This document shows, one piece after another, positions 1-11,892 of a stretch of DNA of 64,000 nucleotides (the first letter of the stretch is position 1; each line of letters opens with the position of its first letter). The stretch lies in NCBI GenBank assembly GCA_051294905.1, contig CM119372.1:21020001-21084000 (forward strand), in the 5' to 3' direction. The stretch comes from Botryllus schlosseri. Its lineage: Eukaryota. Under the pieces are notes generated by a model, which was not told the DNA's origin, ran no database searches, and saw only the letters and a program-made list of their open reading frames with translations. Position numbers and translations under genes: made by a program.

Positions 1-702
1 CCACTGGTTGGAATTGAACCAAATTTGGTGAGCATCGTTTCTATAGACAGCCTAACACTTTCATGGGGTTAACAGAAAATCTTCAAATTTTTTATTATTC
101 ATTTTTATATAATAAATAGGAACTTTCTTCTCTTGTAGCAAAGCGGATACTGGCTGGATTTGAACCATATTTTGTTTGTAGGCTTAAATTAGGTAACCTA
201 ACAATTTTATCAAGTAGCCAGTACGATTTGAGAAAAAAAGTCATTTTTGAAGAGCCCTACTGTTCATGACCGTCCACGTTTAGAGTTGCATCTCAAAGAT
301 GCTAAAATAAGCCTAAATATAATCCAAGCAATACGATCGTCCACTTTGACTGACTGAATTTCTAAAAACACATTGATAGCTTCCACATCTTACGTTTATA
401 TATACTGTCTGCTATCGGCACAACAAAGTAGGCCTATTTAAAAATACCAAAACAGATTCAACATACCACATCTCTTGCAAAGGCTTTTGCTTTCATTCAA
501 TTTTCCATCAAACTTCTTTAAATCCTCCTTTGTGGTGAGTTGCTTTGGTCTTCTTCTAGGATCAATTCCGATATTGTTTTATCATATACAATCTATGGCG
601 GGATAAAAGTTTCGGATAAGTTCTAAAACGAACACAATTTTCCACACAAAAGTCAATTGCCACACGAAATGCCAAATGCTGCGGTCTCATTTTACAAGGT
701 AT

Positions 703-1850
703 GGCGAGGAAACGTAGTGGTACGTTCCATTATAGCTAAACACCAATGAATTGCGGGTTCGAGCGTGACACGTCGACTCCATAATTCCTACCGAAGTGTT
801 GGCCGTTTATCTAGGCTCCTCCTCGCCATCTGATTCGCATAGCCATGTCTTAAAAAGCCTAGGAGTGGGCCGTGCTGTAAGTGGGCAGATGGTTGCCGAT
901 GCACCCGGCACTTGGTGAATTCGGCCGCACAAACTCGGCACTTGGTGAATGCGGCCCTCGGGAAATTTTGAAATGAAGTGTATTTACAGCTATTAATATG
1001 AATTATCAAACTAATAATAGTATCATCAAGTGATTCGTCAATCTTGTAAGGAGGTCAGGGCATCCGTAGATCGCGCAGTCACGGCGTGATTAGATCACGG
1101 ATCGCGTAGCCACGGGAAATAACACAGCGCTCATATACCGACCACGCGCGGTCTGCTTGGAATCGATGGCGTGAGTCACGGGCCTGTGTCGTGTAAGTTT
1201 TGAGAAGATGGATCTTGGCGTTGTATGTGAGATCAAAACTGTGGAACATCAAGCGGCGCTTCTTCGTTTATCGATCACGACAAGCCAGTGTTCCTCATCA
1301 ACAAATGTTTCGCATGATCACGTCAAAATAAATTATTTTTTGCCTTTGGAGAAACGATTCCACTCTGGGATTAGGGTGTCTCGATAACACGGTTGAAGGA
1401 TCCCAAGATTACGAGATCTACCACGAGCCACGACACGTTTAAATTTCCTTTTTGATACTGTTCATTCATACTAAATGCATTTCTAATGCGAAGGTGTTCT
1501 AGTGCCAATTCCTCCAAGGGCCGAGTTCACCAAGTGAAGAGCGTCGCGTTATTTCCCGCAATTACGCAATCAGTGATCTAATCACGCCGTGACTGTGTGA
1601 TCTACGCATGCCCTGACCGCCGTACAACATTGACAACCACTCAAAGTGCCAAGTTCACCGGCAAACATTCCAGTAACCAATCATGGTGACCGGTACCGCT
1701 ACGAGATCTACCACGGCCGAATTCACCAAGTGCCGAGTTCACTGGTAATCGGGCAGATACGGAATAATAATAATAAGAACCGGCCTGGTGTAAAATGACC
1801 AGTGTAGTCAAACCACCACCATGAACACCACAAACAAACAAATAAACATC
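703..1850 (+). mobile_element. tRNA-derived SINE interrupted by a DNA element
   Basis: Degenerate tRNA-like head (B-box-like gggttcgag at ~755), body shared with other copies, (CAAA)n tail at ~1829-1847. Confidence 0.7.
891..1750. mobile_element. Composite non-autonomous DNA element with 8-bp TSD
   Basis: TSD GGGCAGAT at 883-890 and 1751-1758; inverted subterminal cggcacttggtgaa motifs; inner ~70-bp inverted repeat at ~1029-1100 / ~1570-1641. Confidence 0.8.
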
Positions 1851-2951
1851 TAACAAGGAAAAGAAATTACCTTTGCAGCCTTTGACAAACACAGTTACCA
1901 TTGAAACCAGCAATTAAGGTCTTATTCGAAAGCAGAATAACAACTGTTTTAGTGGACATATCAAATCAAATGTTGGAAAGTTCATGTAAAATAGCCCAAA
2001 ATATTATCTTACTGTGACCATATTCCATCAATATGGTCTGGCTAGCCAAATTCTCTGGCCAACATAATCAAGCTGCGTTTGGTTTCAACGATTAATAATC
2101 TTGTCACTGGATTCGAGGTATAATTGCACTCAAATATCAAATTTTGCTCCATTAATCAACATCAGGTTGAAAATTTCCATTCTTGCACCAACTTTTATAA
2201 AATCATGAATGAGTGTTCTACAGGAATGTATCTATATGACTTATATACCTAGAAAATTCAAGCATAAATATTATGATATACCGTAGGTATAGGTACCGGT
2301 AATTCAGATGTTTGAAGCGAATTATAGTGGTCTAATTTCACTAAATTAGAGCGAAATGCCAGCAATATAATTGTAATCTAATTCGGAAAAACGGTTTAGC
2401 TCTAATTCTAACCTGGAAAAGCTGAAACTTTTCTATAGTTGTCTACACCTGTTTTGCAGAAAGTCAAACAGCTCTAGGCGTCATATACTACAGGCAATTC
2501 GAAATACCCCATAAGCTATATGCTACTGCATATATACCTTTAACCCGCTACCTCAGTCAGTCACAATTCCTATATATTTACGGCATTTACCATACAGAAA
2601 GAGCGAACTATGCCTGGCTGCGACCTTTTGCGCTTCAAATCTTTGTATGGCGCGATGACGTAAAATTTGAATCGCCGAAATATTCTAGAAGTCACGCATT
2701 GATAATCATATTCCTAAACGTACAACATATCACTTATTTAGTTATTCTCTGAATAAAACTATTAACCATACTCGTTGAACATGCGAGATTACCGAAAGAG
2801 CGAATATATATATAATGAAGATCATATATATCAGAGGAAAACAAAACTATTCGACCTTAGAGCAACAACACGAATATACAACACCGGTGACATCCTCACG
2901 CAATAAAACGAAGGGAGAACATTGTTTTCTAATGGATAGAACGAAGCTACC

Positions 2952-3196
2952 GCATGAGATCGAACAAAACCGGATAGAATTCATCGTGATTGAATGTACC
3001 GACAAAGTCATCCTTTCTACGTATTTTAGTCGTACCCGCGAGAGATAGAAAATTTGCATTATTAGGTTAACTACCGGATATAACGAAGCCTAATGCATGA
3101 GATGGAACAACACCGAGTATGAATTTATTCTGATTGAATATAACCACAAGACCATCCTACTACGTATTTTAGACATTCCCTCGACACTTAGAAAAT
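2952..3196. repeat. Diverged direct repeat, period ~143 bp
   Basis: gcatgagatcgaacaaaacc...ctacgtattttag...tagaaaat (from 2952) vs gcatgagatggaacaacacc...ctacgtattttag...tagaaaat (from 3095). Confidence 0.7.
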
Positions 3197-3409
3197 CAGA
3201 ACCTAATCGAGATGATCCCGGATGATCCTTTTACGGTTTTGTGTTTGCTGGGAGGCCACAGTAGCCGAGCACCAATAAAACCCATACCAACCAACCAACT
3301 AGCAAGTGTCGCTTAATTGCACCGTCGGAATTTAACGAGGTTTGTTAAAAATCTTCGTAGCATCCACGGATAAATCATCGGAAACGAGCTGTATAGGCTA
3401 GGTTTAGAC

Positions 3410-4433
3410 CAGGTATTACCGACACGCGACCCACCAGGTGTGTTTGCGGCCCACGACCGGGAAAATTATATCATTAATGTATTTCTAAATGCTTGAAATA
3501 ATTTGATTTTAAAATTTTGATCGTTTACGCAAAGATTTATTCCCTCGCTTTCGATATCCCCATTCTGCTCACAAAAGACGACAGTACGAAAAGACTGAAT
3601 CCACCTCTCCCTGACACTAGCAATTAGCAAGTCATGGTCAAAACAATGCAATGGTTTTCAACCTGTGGTCCTTGAAGCACTTTTAGGGGGTCCGCAAAAC
3701 CTCACAATTTGGAAAATGGTTGCTGACCTAATTTTTATTTAATTTTTAAATTAGGGAAATTACAACCGCTAAAACGTCATGACTCACATCAACAGAATGA
3801 CCGTCTTAGATGAAATATCTTACTGCGCAAACTCATTTTAATAACCAAATTGCCAATAACCTACTGATAAAAATATAATTGCTGTTTAGAGGTGTTTTGT
3901 TGGGGTTTGTGGAAAGGTTGCAAAAGGATGGTCAATCAGCGTGACTTCGAAATTTTTACCCAAACCCATTTTATGCGTGATATACATACCCACTATTCCT
4001 GAACCACAATAGTAAGATGTTATTTTCAAGTAAGGTCATTTATTGCTGTTTATCACTATTAGCCTACAGTTAATATTTGCACAATATCCGGTTTCACGGT
4101 AATTGAGCTAAAGTTGAGCTAAATTTGAACTAAAACTCCGTGACAGTTCAAAAAGGATCCGCGGAGCCAAAAAGGTTGAGAATCGCTGACATAATGGATC
4201 TGCCTTACACTCGTGAGCATCTCCAAGAGCATCTCCAAGCGGCCTTGACACTAGAAAGTCAACGGCCAGCTATCAGCATCAGGTTGCAGCAAAGCGCGTC
4301 TTGCCCTTTCACCTATATGCTAATAGCTAATCAGGTGCCAAATATTAGGTCTCGACATTACAATCGTGCGGCCCTGTGGCGTCGATCAAGTTTTGAAAGT
4401 GGTCCGCGACCCATTTTGAGTTGGCGACCCCTG
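3410..4433. mobile_element. hAT-type MITE containing a nested MITE (3649-4188)
   Basis: CAGG...CCCTG ends, perfect TSD GTTTAGAC; inner element homologous to 49853-51021. Confidence 0.85.
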
Positions 4434-5362
4434 GTTTAGACGGTCCAAGACTTGCACCAGCGATGCGTACGACCAAAGCAGCCTAGTCCGTAAACCCTCT
4501 ATTCTGCCACCATGCAGAAAAACAAGTTCCAAACTGTTTAATCAGTTTAAAATACGATATTTCATGTTTCTAATAAATGAACGGCCGTTCAATTTATTTC
4601 ATTTTGGAATTGAGACTTAAAAATCTAGTATATTTGGCGGGAAACTTGCGGACCGATGGCCGAGTACCACTATAGTGAAGAGTAGGCATACTATAGAAAA
4701 GTGGAGAATCATACATATTTTGTATTTCAGATCCGGGTTCTATTATCCGGAGTTCTACTATATAATGTTACATATCATATACTGTAACTTGTTGTTATCT
4801 CGTTTTTACAGTCATAGACTTCAGATTTTGAAATATTTTTGGATCAGGATGGAGTTGGACTGAAAAATATGACAGTACGTTTATCAATGTTTTGAATACA
4901 CGCTGATTTTACCACTGTGACCCGTCTTGATTTCTGAAGTGCTATGCAGTAGATTATTTCCGAGGCGCTGCCCTGTCATTGGAAGCTCTGAAACATAATG
5001 TCCGATCCAATAGTCCTGGACAGGGAAACAAGATTGGGAGATAGTAACCAAAGCGGCTGTTTGTTTGATTTTGTTTTTGTGACTTACACGTGTGGACCGT
5101 CGAAACGAGCGGCCCAGTGATATTATCGATTCATTTGACACTTACGTGCATTGTATATATGCTTATGTAGGGAATTTCCGACTTCGGGGTTTGTTCTCGA
5201 GGCTGTGGTAAATATCATAGAGATATTTATCACATCGTCCTCTTCATCTATTTATTTTCAAACCCTCCATGAAATTTGCAGCATTGAGTCAGGTAATTTT
5301 CGAACTTCTGTTGGCTGTAATCGCATATCGTGGCCACCAAACAAACATTCTGCCATTCACCA

Positions 5363-7418
5363 TATGTTTGTTTGCTTGTTTATGGTGTATTCATGGTGTT
5401 TGTCGACTATTATGGTCATTTACACTAGACCGATATTATTCTTATTTTCCGTAATTGCCGACTTATAGCACGGCCCACCTCTAGGCTTTTGTAAGACACC
5501 GCTGACGCGGATGAGGTGACGAGCAGACATGGGGTAATCGTGATTAGTAATCGTAATCGATTACGACGATTACAGCATTTCCAAGTAATCGTAATCGCAA
5601 TCGATTACATTCGGAAAAAATCCGAAGTAATCGTAATCGTAATCGACTACTTCACATATCTAATCGATTTCTTTGTGAAAGAACGATTACTTTTCATTCG
5701 TGCAATGCCCATGACATAAACTGAACTATGAACATTCATGAGCAACGAAGAGTGTGATTTAAAACAGGATTTGGATAGCAGAAATGTCGGGTTTTCAAAC
5801 GCCTCTGTACTCATTATTGCGTCACAAGTATTAGCTTGGTTCTTGATTGCGTAACGAATTATCCGCACGTAGTAAATATATATTCGATGTAAATAATGTA
5901 GTACTGTGATTGTAAGAACACCCGCTGTGGATTATGTCACTGCACTGATCATTACACTGCACACGCCACTACATCGCAGCAGGATAATAATCACCACACG
6001 GCCTAGTTTCGAATAGTAACGTATGTATATGTACAAATTGTACATTGCACAATGTATAGATGTTTTGTTATGCTTAGGTAAACGCAATCTGACCGTAGCT
6101 GATTGGCGAGCGGTAGGCCTATTTACGTATACAATGGACAACGATTTGAAATTTTGTACCCGTCAAATTAAACATGACAATTTCTACATCGAAGCATTAA
6201 AAACCAGGCTGCTGATAAAAAAAATCATAACCGAGCCTTTATTTTCCGTTACTCGTATAACGGCAGATCGAAATATAGGCCTATGTATTAAGTGGATTGC
6301 AGTCAGAACTTTACCTTATCATATATTCTCATACGGCCCTACTTAAAACGGGCAACAATTGTTCTTTCGCAAGTTTATACTCATCATTCGGTTATGTCAC
6401 TAGCCATCCGCTTACACACCATGTTAGCGTGGATTTCAGCTAGAATCAGTACCGAAACAGCACTTCGCCACCGCCATTCTCAAAAATGGTGATCTTGTGC
6501 TCCCCATAAGGCGATCAATAAAGCCTGTGGCGGGCGAAGTCCCCCATAACCCCCTTAAAGGCCGTGCTTTTCACAAGAACTGGAAAACACGATTTGATGC
6601 GATGGATCCGCTGTGAATTTGCTGTCAAGGCGCGCCAGGCGCGAATATTTAGGCACATAATTTACGACTATAACTTTATTGTATGTTGTTAACTCGTGAC
6701 CTCCTGTCTGCTATATAGTCAGCAGATATTGGAGTTGCCCAAACGTAGCGGACGAAAAGAAAACTAAACGAAAAACTTTTGTGAGACGCACCAAAAATTG
6801 TCATTTATGCACGCGGTTCATCATTTTCCTCAGTGAGTGCCCCCGGTGGCATTTGTATTGTGGGGCTGAGATTGAGAAGACTATTCTTCGCGACCATCCA
6901 GCGCGGCTATGGACAATGGACAAATACACAATGTTTCGGCCAATGTAGCATGTCTTGTGTTGCGGCGCGGTATTGGCTGGCACCGAAATGCCTATTTCTG
7001 TGTGAATCATGCCATGGTATATTATGTCATACACAGGAAATGACGTCATTTTATCTCATTTAAAAAAATAGACCTTCTCTCATGAGGCCTTTTCATCGCA
7101 TTGTTGTCTTCCAAAGATAACAAGAAGCAAAATGAATGTAATCGTGAGTAATCGTGATTACTTTTCCAAAGTAATCGTAATCGTAATCGATTCCCACTAC
7201 TCGCTGATTTTGCTGTAATCGTAATCGCGTGATTCATAAGTAACCGTAATCGCAATCGATTACATTCATGAAGTAATCACCCCATGTCTGGTGGCGAGTA
7301 GGAGCCTAGGTAAACCCCCAACACTTAGGTATCGGAATTCTGAAGTCGACCTCGGTCGGACTCGAACCCGCACCCATTGGTGTTGCAGCCGCGGATTATA
7401 CCACTGCGCTATCTCGTG
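5363..7418 (-). mobile_element. tRNA-derived SINE (tRNA-Cys-like head) split by a hAT element
   Basis: Minus strand: A box TAGCGCAGTGG, ggctGCAacac loop, B box GGTTCGAGTCC; body resumes left of 5524 with a (CAAA)-like tail. Confidence 0.8.
5524..7290. mobile_element. hAT-type non-autonomous element with (GTAATC)n subterminal arrays
   Basis: TIR CAGACATGGGGT/ACCCCATGTCTG; TSD GTGACGAG/GTGGCGAG. Confidence 0.9.
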
Positions 7419-7562
7419 ACATTCACCATATGTATTAATTACAATACAAACAAGTATACAATGAATATCGCTAATTATTGTCCGTTGTTTCATAAAGTGC
7501 TCGAGTCAAATATACATCCATCCAAATCCCTTATGTTCTTGATAGCACGTTATTCTGCTATT

Positions 7563-8705
7563 CAGTGGTCGGGAACCTTTTTCGACCGAAGAGCCATATT
7601 AGCCCAATATTTTCGATTGTAACTCCCAAAGAGCCATACATGTCAATCAACTGTTACGTCACAATTAAACATCCGTGACGTATTGGTAGCACTTATATAT
7701 GGGCTTCGTAGTGTGCGCCATATTTTTCTGCCTACATGGGTATAATAGGTGGAGCGAAACATGGTCACTACAACAGTACATACCCAGCGTGTGATACGTC
7801 AGTGACGTGGGGTTGGGGGAGGAGTCAGATGCCGTCAGGATGAGTGAAGGAAATTGTGAACCCTTCAATGGTTATTGGTATCTTCTATCGATGTTTATTA
7901 ACGACTAGATTTTGAACATTTTTATTCCGAAGTAATGGTATTTTCATGTATTGTTCGGAAATGAAGCGCGAAAGGAGAGGTAAAAGGCTCACAAGAGGCA
8001 AAGACGGGCCAAGCCTCATCTGTGATAGCGCAACTCATCGTAAGTAGCTTAACTTGAAATTAATGATCACTGATATTATTCAAATGTAATTGCCGCGCTA
8101 ATTCTGAAAATCATGTATTGATCGACTTCTAAAATATTCGGCGTAACCTAAGGTTGCGCTACACACCTGCATTTTTACGGCGGTGCGAGAAAGCTACTAA
8201 TCAATAATGAAAATGGATAGCTATGGCACTGATTTCAATTTGATCTTGTAATTGTCAATGTCACTTCCAAGGCATTTTATTCATCGGCGTGGATAGGGAA
8301 AACAATGTGTATTTGAATACTGCATTGTCCTACAAGGGCCGCCATGTTTTCTTTCGTAAATCAAGGTAGGCCTATCGTGCAATCCAAGATTTCTAGGCGC
8401 GCGTTGATGGTTAGATCGAATTCGATAGTGGTGTTAGTCACCAGCGCGACAGCAACTTACATTCTGGGATTTTGAAAAGAGGGCGGTACGAGCCCCTAAC
8501 TCTGGATACCCCACTGACTCTCTTGACCTATCAAAAACATGCTTATGCTACCACGAGAATAATTATTCTCGCCTTCTTGAAAATATATCAACAAGTTTCT
8601 GCAATATTGATAAATTCAGTAAAAATAAAAAACATTATCAAAGAGCCATATCTTATACCCAAAAGAGCCATATATGGCTCGCGAGCCATAGGTTCTCGAC
8701 CACTG
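7563..8705. mobile_element. hAT-type MITE
   Basis: TIR CAGTGGTCGGGAACC / GGTTCTCGACCACTG; gagccata subterminal motifs; TSD degenerate (tgctat). Confidence 0.8.
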
Positions 8706-8807
8706 TGCTATATAGTTTAGATAAGAATTTTTACAGAAGTTTCTCTGTTCCCATTCGCCCAGCTTATCTTTTTCTGAAATGAAAGAATGAAAACTGTTAT
8801 TAATTAA

Positions 8808-9760
8808 ACTGGTCAACAAAATTAAAAAACAATTTTTGGCATAACATCTGAGAGCCGTTTCCGGGATTTTCGAAGTTGCTGATTTATGAATATCACATTG
8901 TAGTTTTGGCAGATTGGCTATTGTTCAGATGATATTTATACCCCTAAAAAAGCCCAAAATTACTGTATTTAGCATTTAATATTTCACTTGATGGGTAGAC
9001 AATCGTAGTTTTTTCTAATTTTATACTGCGCATAAATAGATAATTTACTATGAAGAACCGTCATGTCGTTCTCAGTCATTCTATAAATATTAACATGACC
9101 TGGTGCGAAATATTTGTTTGTGAAAAAAGCACTTTGTCAAGCATAAAAATTGTACTTTTGCACAACGGAAATACATATTCTACTCACTACTGTATCAATT
9201 GGTCATCATACCAAGATTACAGAGGTGTATAAAGCTATAAATTTTGTCCTTGAAAAGCTTAACTACAATACCCATATGCGTCTCATTTCTTTTGACTTGT
9301 AAATATATAATTTTCCGCTGAGTCAAAAAAGTGGGTATACCTATAGGATCCCTATGAAACGAGAAGCTTAAATCATGTATCTTTGATAGATTTGAGATTC
9401 GAATACAGATGAAAGATTCCAACTTCATATTAGGAAGGAGTTCACTGCATGGAATTTATCTCAAGATGTAGTAAGTAAAACTTTTCAGATGATCACAAAG
9501 CACCCAACTACAAACAGTTGGTCCGAAAATTCGTATCCACATATGGAAAACTTGGAGCAAACATGAGCAATTGAGCATAAAAGTTCACTCCCTGTTAAGT
9601 CATATTGATATATTTCCTGATGATGTTGTTGATTTGCAAGGGGAGAGGTTTCACCAAGATATCAGAACAACAAAAGAAAGATATTAGGGCCGATGAGATG
9701 AACATATTATGCAGACCATTGCTGGAACCTTTCGAGAAACTGCACTAAATTTCTTACTGG
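8808..9760 (+). mobile_element. Decayed CMC/Chapaev3-like DNA transposon with transposase C-terminal relic
   Basis: ~9350-9750 reads EKLKSCIFD...LSIKVHSLLSHIDIFPDDVVDLQGERFHQDIRTTKERY*GR, matching the recalled Chapaev3 motif KxHxLHSHLDxFP...EQGERFHQDI...ERYQGRW; stops present; ends approximate. Confidence 0.75.
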
Positions 9761-10912
9761 CGAAAATCGTACAAAAAACAATTGTGCTTTAAAATAAATG
9801 AATAATATATATTCCAACTGATTATTTCAAATTTACAATAGATGCCTGACGTAAAACTGATTGAATTAATGCCACGTTATTTGAGTATGTAAGTAAATAC
9901 TTATATACGTGACTGGAGTTTATTTATCACTGTAAATCCGCAAGGTCGTATTGAACACTTCATAACACTTTTTTCTGCGTACAGACACACTTTTTGGGCA
10001 TATAAACGCATTGGGTCATTATCGTCGCAACGCTTCTGCGTATTTCTCCGTTTACATGTAACACTTCGCCACTGCGGCTTATTTTCAAGAAAATATATAC
10101 TTGGTAATTTATCATCAATTTTGCATTCATAAACCATCGCTACGTTTGGAGATCACATTAAATCACGGTATATGTAAAATAATATTACTCACTTGACCCA
10201 ACACTAAGTTTAAGGATAATATTTCAATGAAATATACATATTTCCCTGTGACGCAGAGGGGTCACAACCTTCGTTACGGTAGAGCGCGCTCGATTTCAGT
10301 TTGGATTTGAATTGGTGGTTCGTCAAGCTTCAGGCAGAGAGTAGGGTACACGAAAAAATTTGGCGAAATGGATATATTGAAGCAGTTTCTGCTACCTGAT
10401 GGCGTAAAGGATCATAACATCCATGTACTGTAAGGTATGGAAATGCGGTAAATGTTATTGAATGTATGTAATGTGAGAATAGTCATAAAATTAACTCGCT
10501 TTGACATTGCAGTAACGTCGTTTGTTTTAGATGTTTTAGCAGGCTACTGATATCCCTTATTCATATGAATGTTCTTTAGATGTTTTGTAGTATATGATTC
10601 GTCTGATATTATTGCTGTATGATCGAGCTTCGAATCTGATAATATACCAGGCTGCGACCAGGTCCAGTACTACGGTACTGATGGGAAGCTGCTATAAAAG
10701 TAAATTTTTTGACATATGGATAAAGGGATGTTCTCTCTATCCACACTGAAATATCACTATGTAGGCGATATTGTGGTCCATTGTGGACAAGTACTGCAAT
10801 GTCAGCAATTGAATGCCGGTATGACAGTCATGCAACGGTTTTGATTGTTTTTCAACTGCAACACATTTTACACTGTAGGCCTACTGTTTATTCCAAGTGG
10901 TAAGGTGTTAAC

Positions 10913-11758
10913 TAAAGCGATTTTTTTGACATGTCAAAATAGGTCAGAATTTTGTCAAAATTGTACCGTTAGGTCAAAAATTGCCAAAATTCTTTACAAA
11001 ATCAAAATTTTGTTGGCAACTTGCATTTCGTTTGTATCATAGATGATTGCACTGTCGGTGAACTTATCATTTTACAATTTACATCTTGTAGCCTACTTTA
11101 TAGTCCTACCGTTGTAGATGGACCATCGTCTGCTCATTGTGAATCATTAACTGTCAAATGAAACAAATACTCAACGTAGCCTATTGCACTATCCTAACTG
11201 AAGCAAGACTGCGTGGCATTGGTTCTTCTATTAGAAACCGTATGATGAATAATTGCGATGTAGACAACTTTGTCATAATGAGAGAGAGAGTGCAGTGTAC
11301 GCACAACTTCAGTGTTGCCGGCCAACAACTGCAGCTGGTGAACATTCTTTCTTCATTCTTGCCAAGCTACTTAGTTAGGACAGACACTTTCTACCCGAAA
11401 ATGTAGGAAAGTATCTTTGTTTGTTACACAACAAATTTTTAATTATTTCTACCATAATACGAGATGTAACTAATACTAGAATTATTCATGGGTCCAGATT
11501 TCGATAAAATAAGTTCTTTTTCGTGTAAAAATTTGTCAATTTTCATGCTAAAAGATTTTTTCAGGTCAAATTACTTCGGAAGAACAGACAGCTCCAGCCA
11601 GAAATAAAGATAAGTTCCGTTAATACAATTCTAACACTATGTGAGAAACACCTAATTTAAGTACATGGGGTCAAAATTAAGTTTTTCATCATCAAAATAT
11701 GTGTGAATTTGAATTTTTTAGTCAAAATCTTACCTTTTTAGGTCAAAAAAATCGCCCC
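10913..11758. mobile_element. ~850-bp TIR element; inverted copy at 30144-30945
   Basis: Ends gcgattttttt / aaaaaaatcgccc; internal sequence matches the reverse complement of 30144-30945. Confidence 0.75.
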
Positions 11759-11892
11759 AATAATAGCACAGCCAAACAAACAATCTTTTCAACAAACCAT
11801 GGATCACAAGGGGTAGTATTTGTTTTCCCCAATCCCCAAATTTGACTTTTCTGAGTTTATTGTGATACGGTAACTGAACTAAACTCTATTTT

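Noticed and set aside
7340..7418. tRNA-Cys gene
   Set aside because: A and B boxes are present but there is no proper acceptor stem, and it continues into a repeated SINE body.
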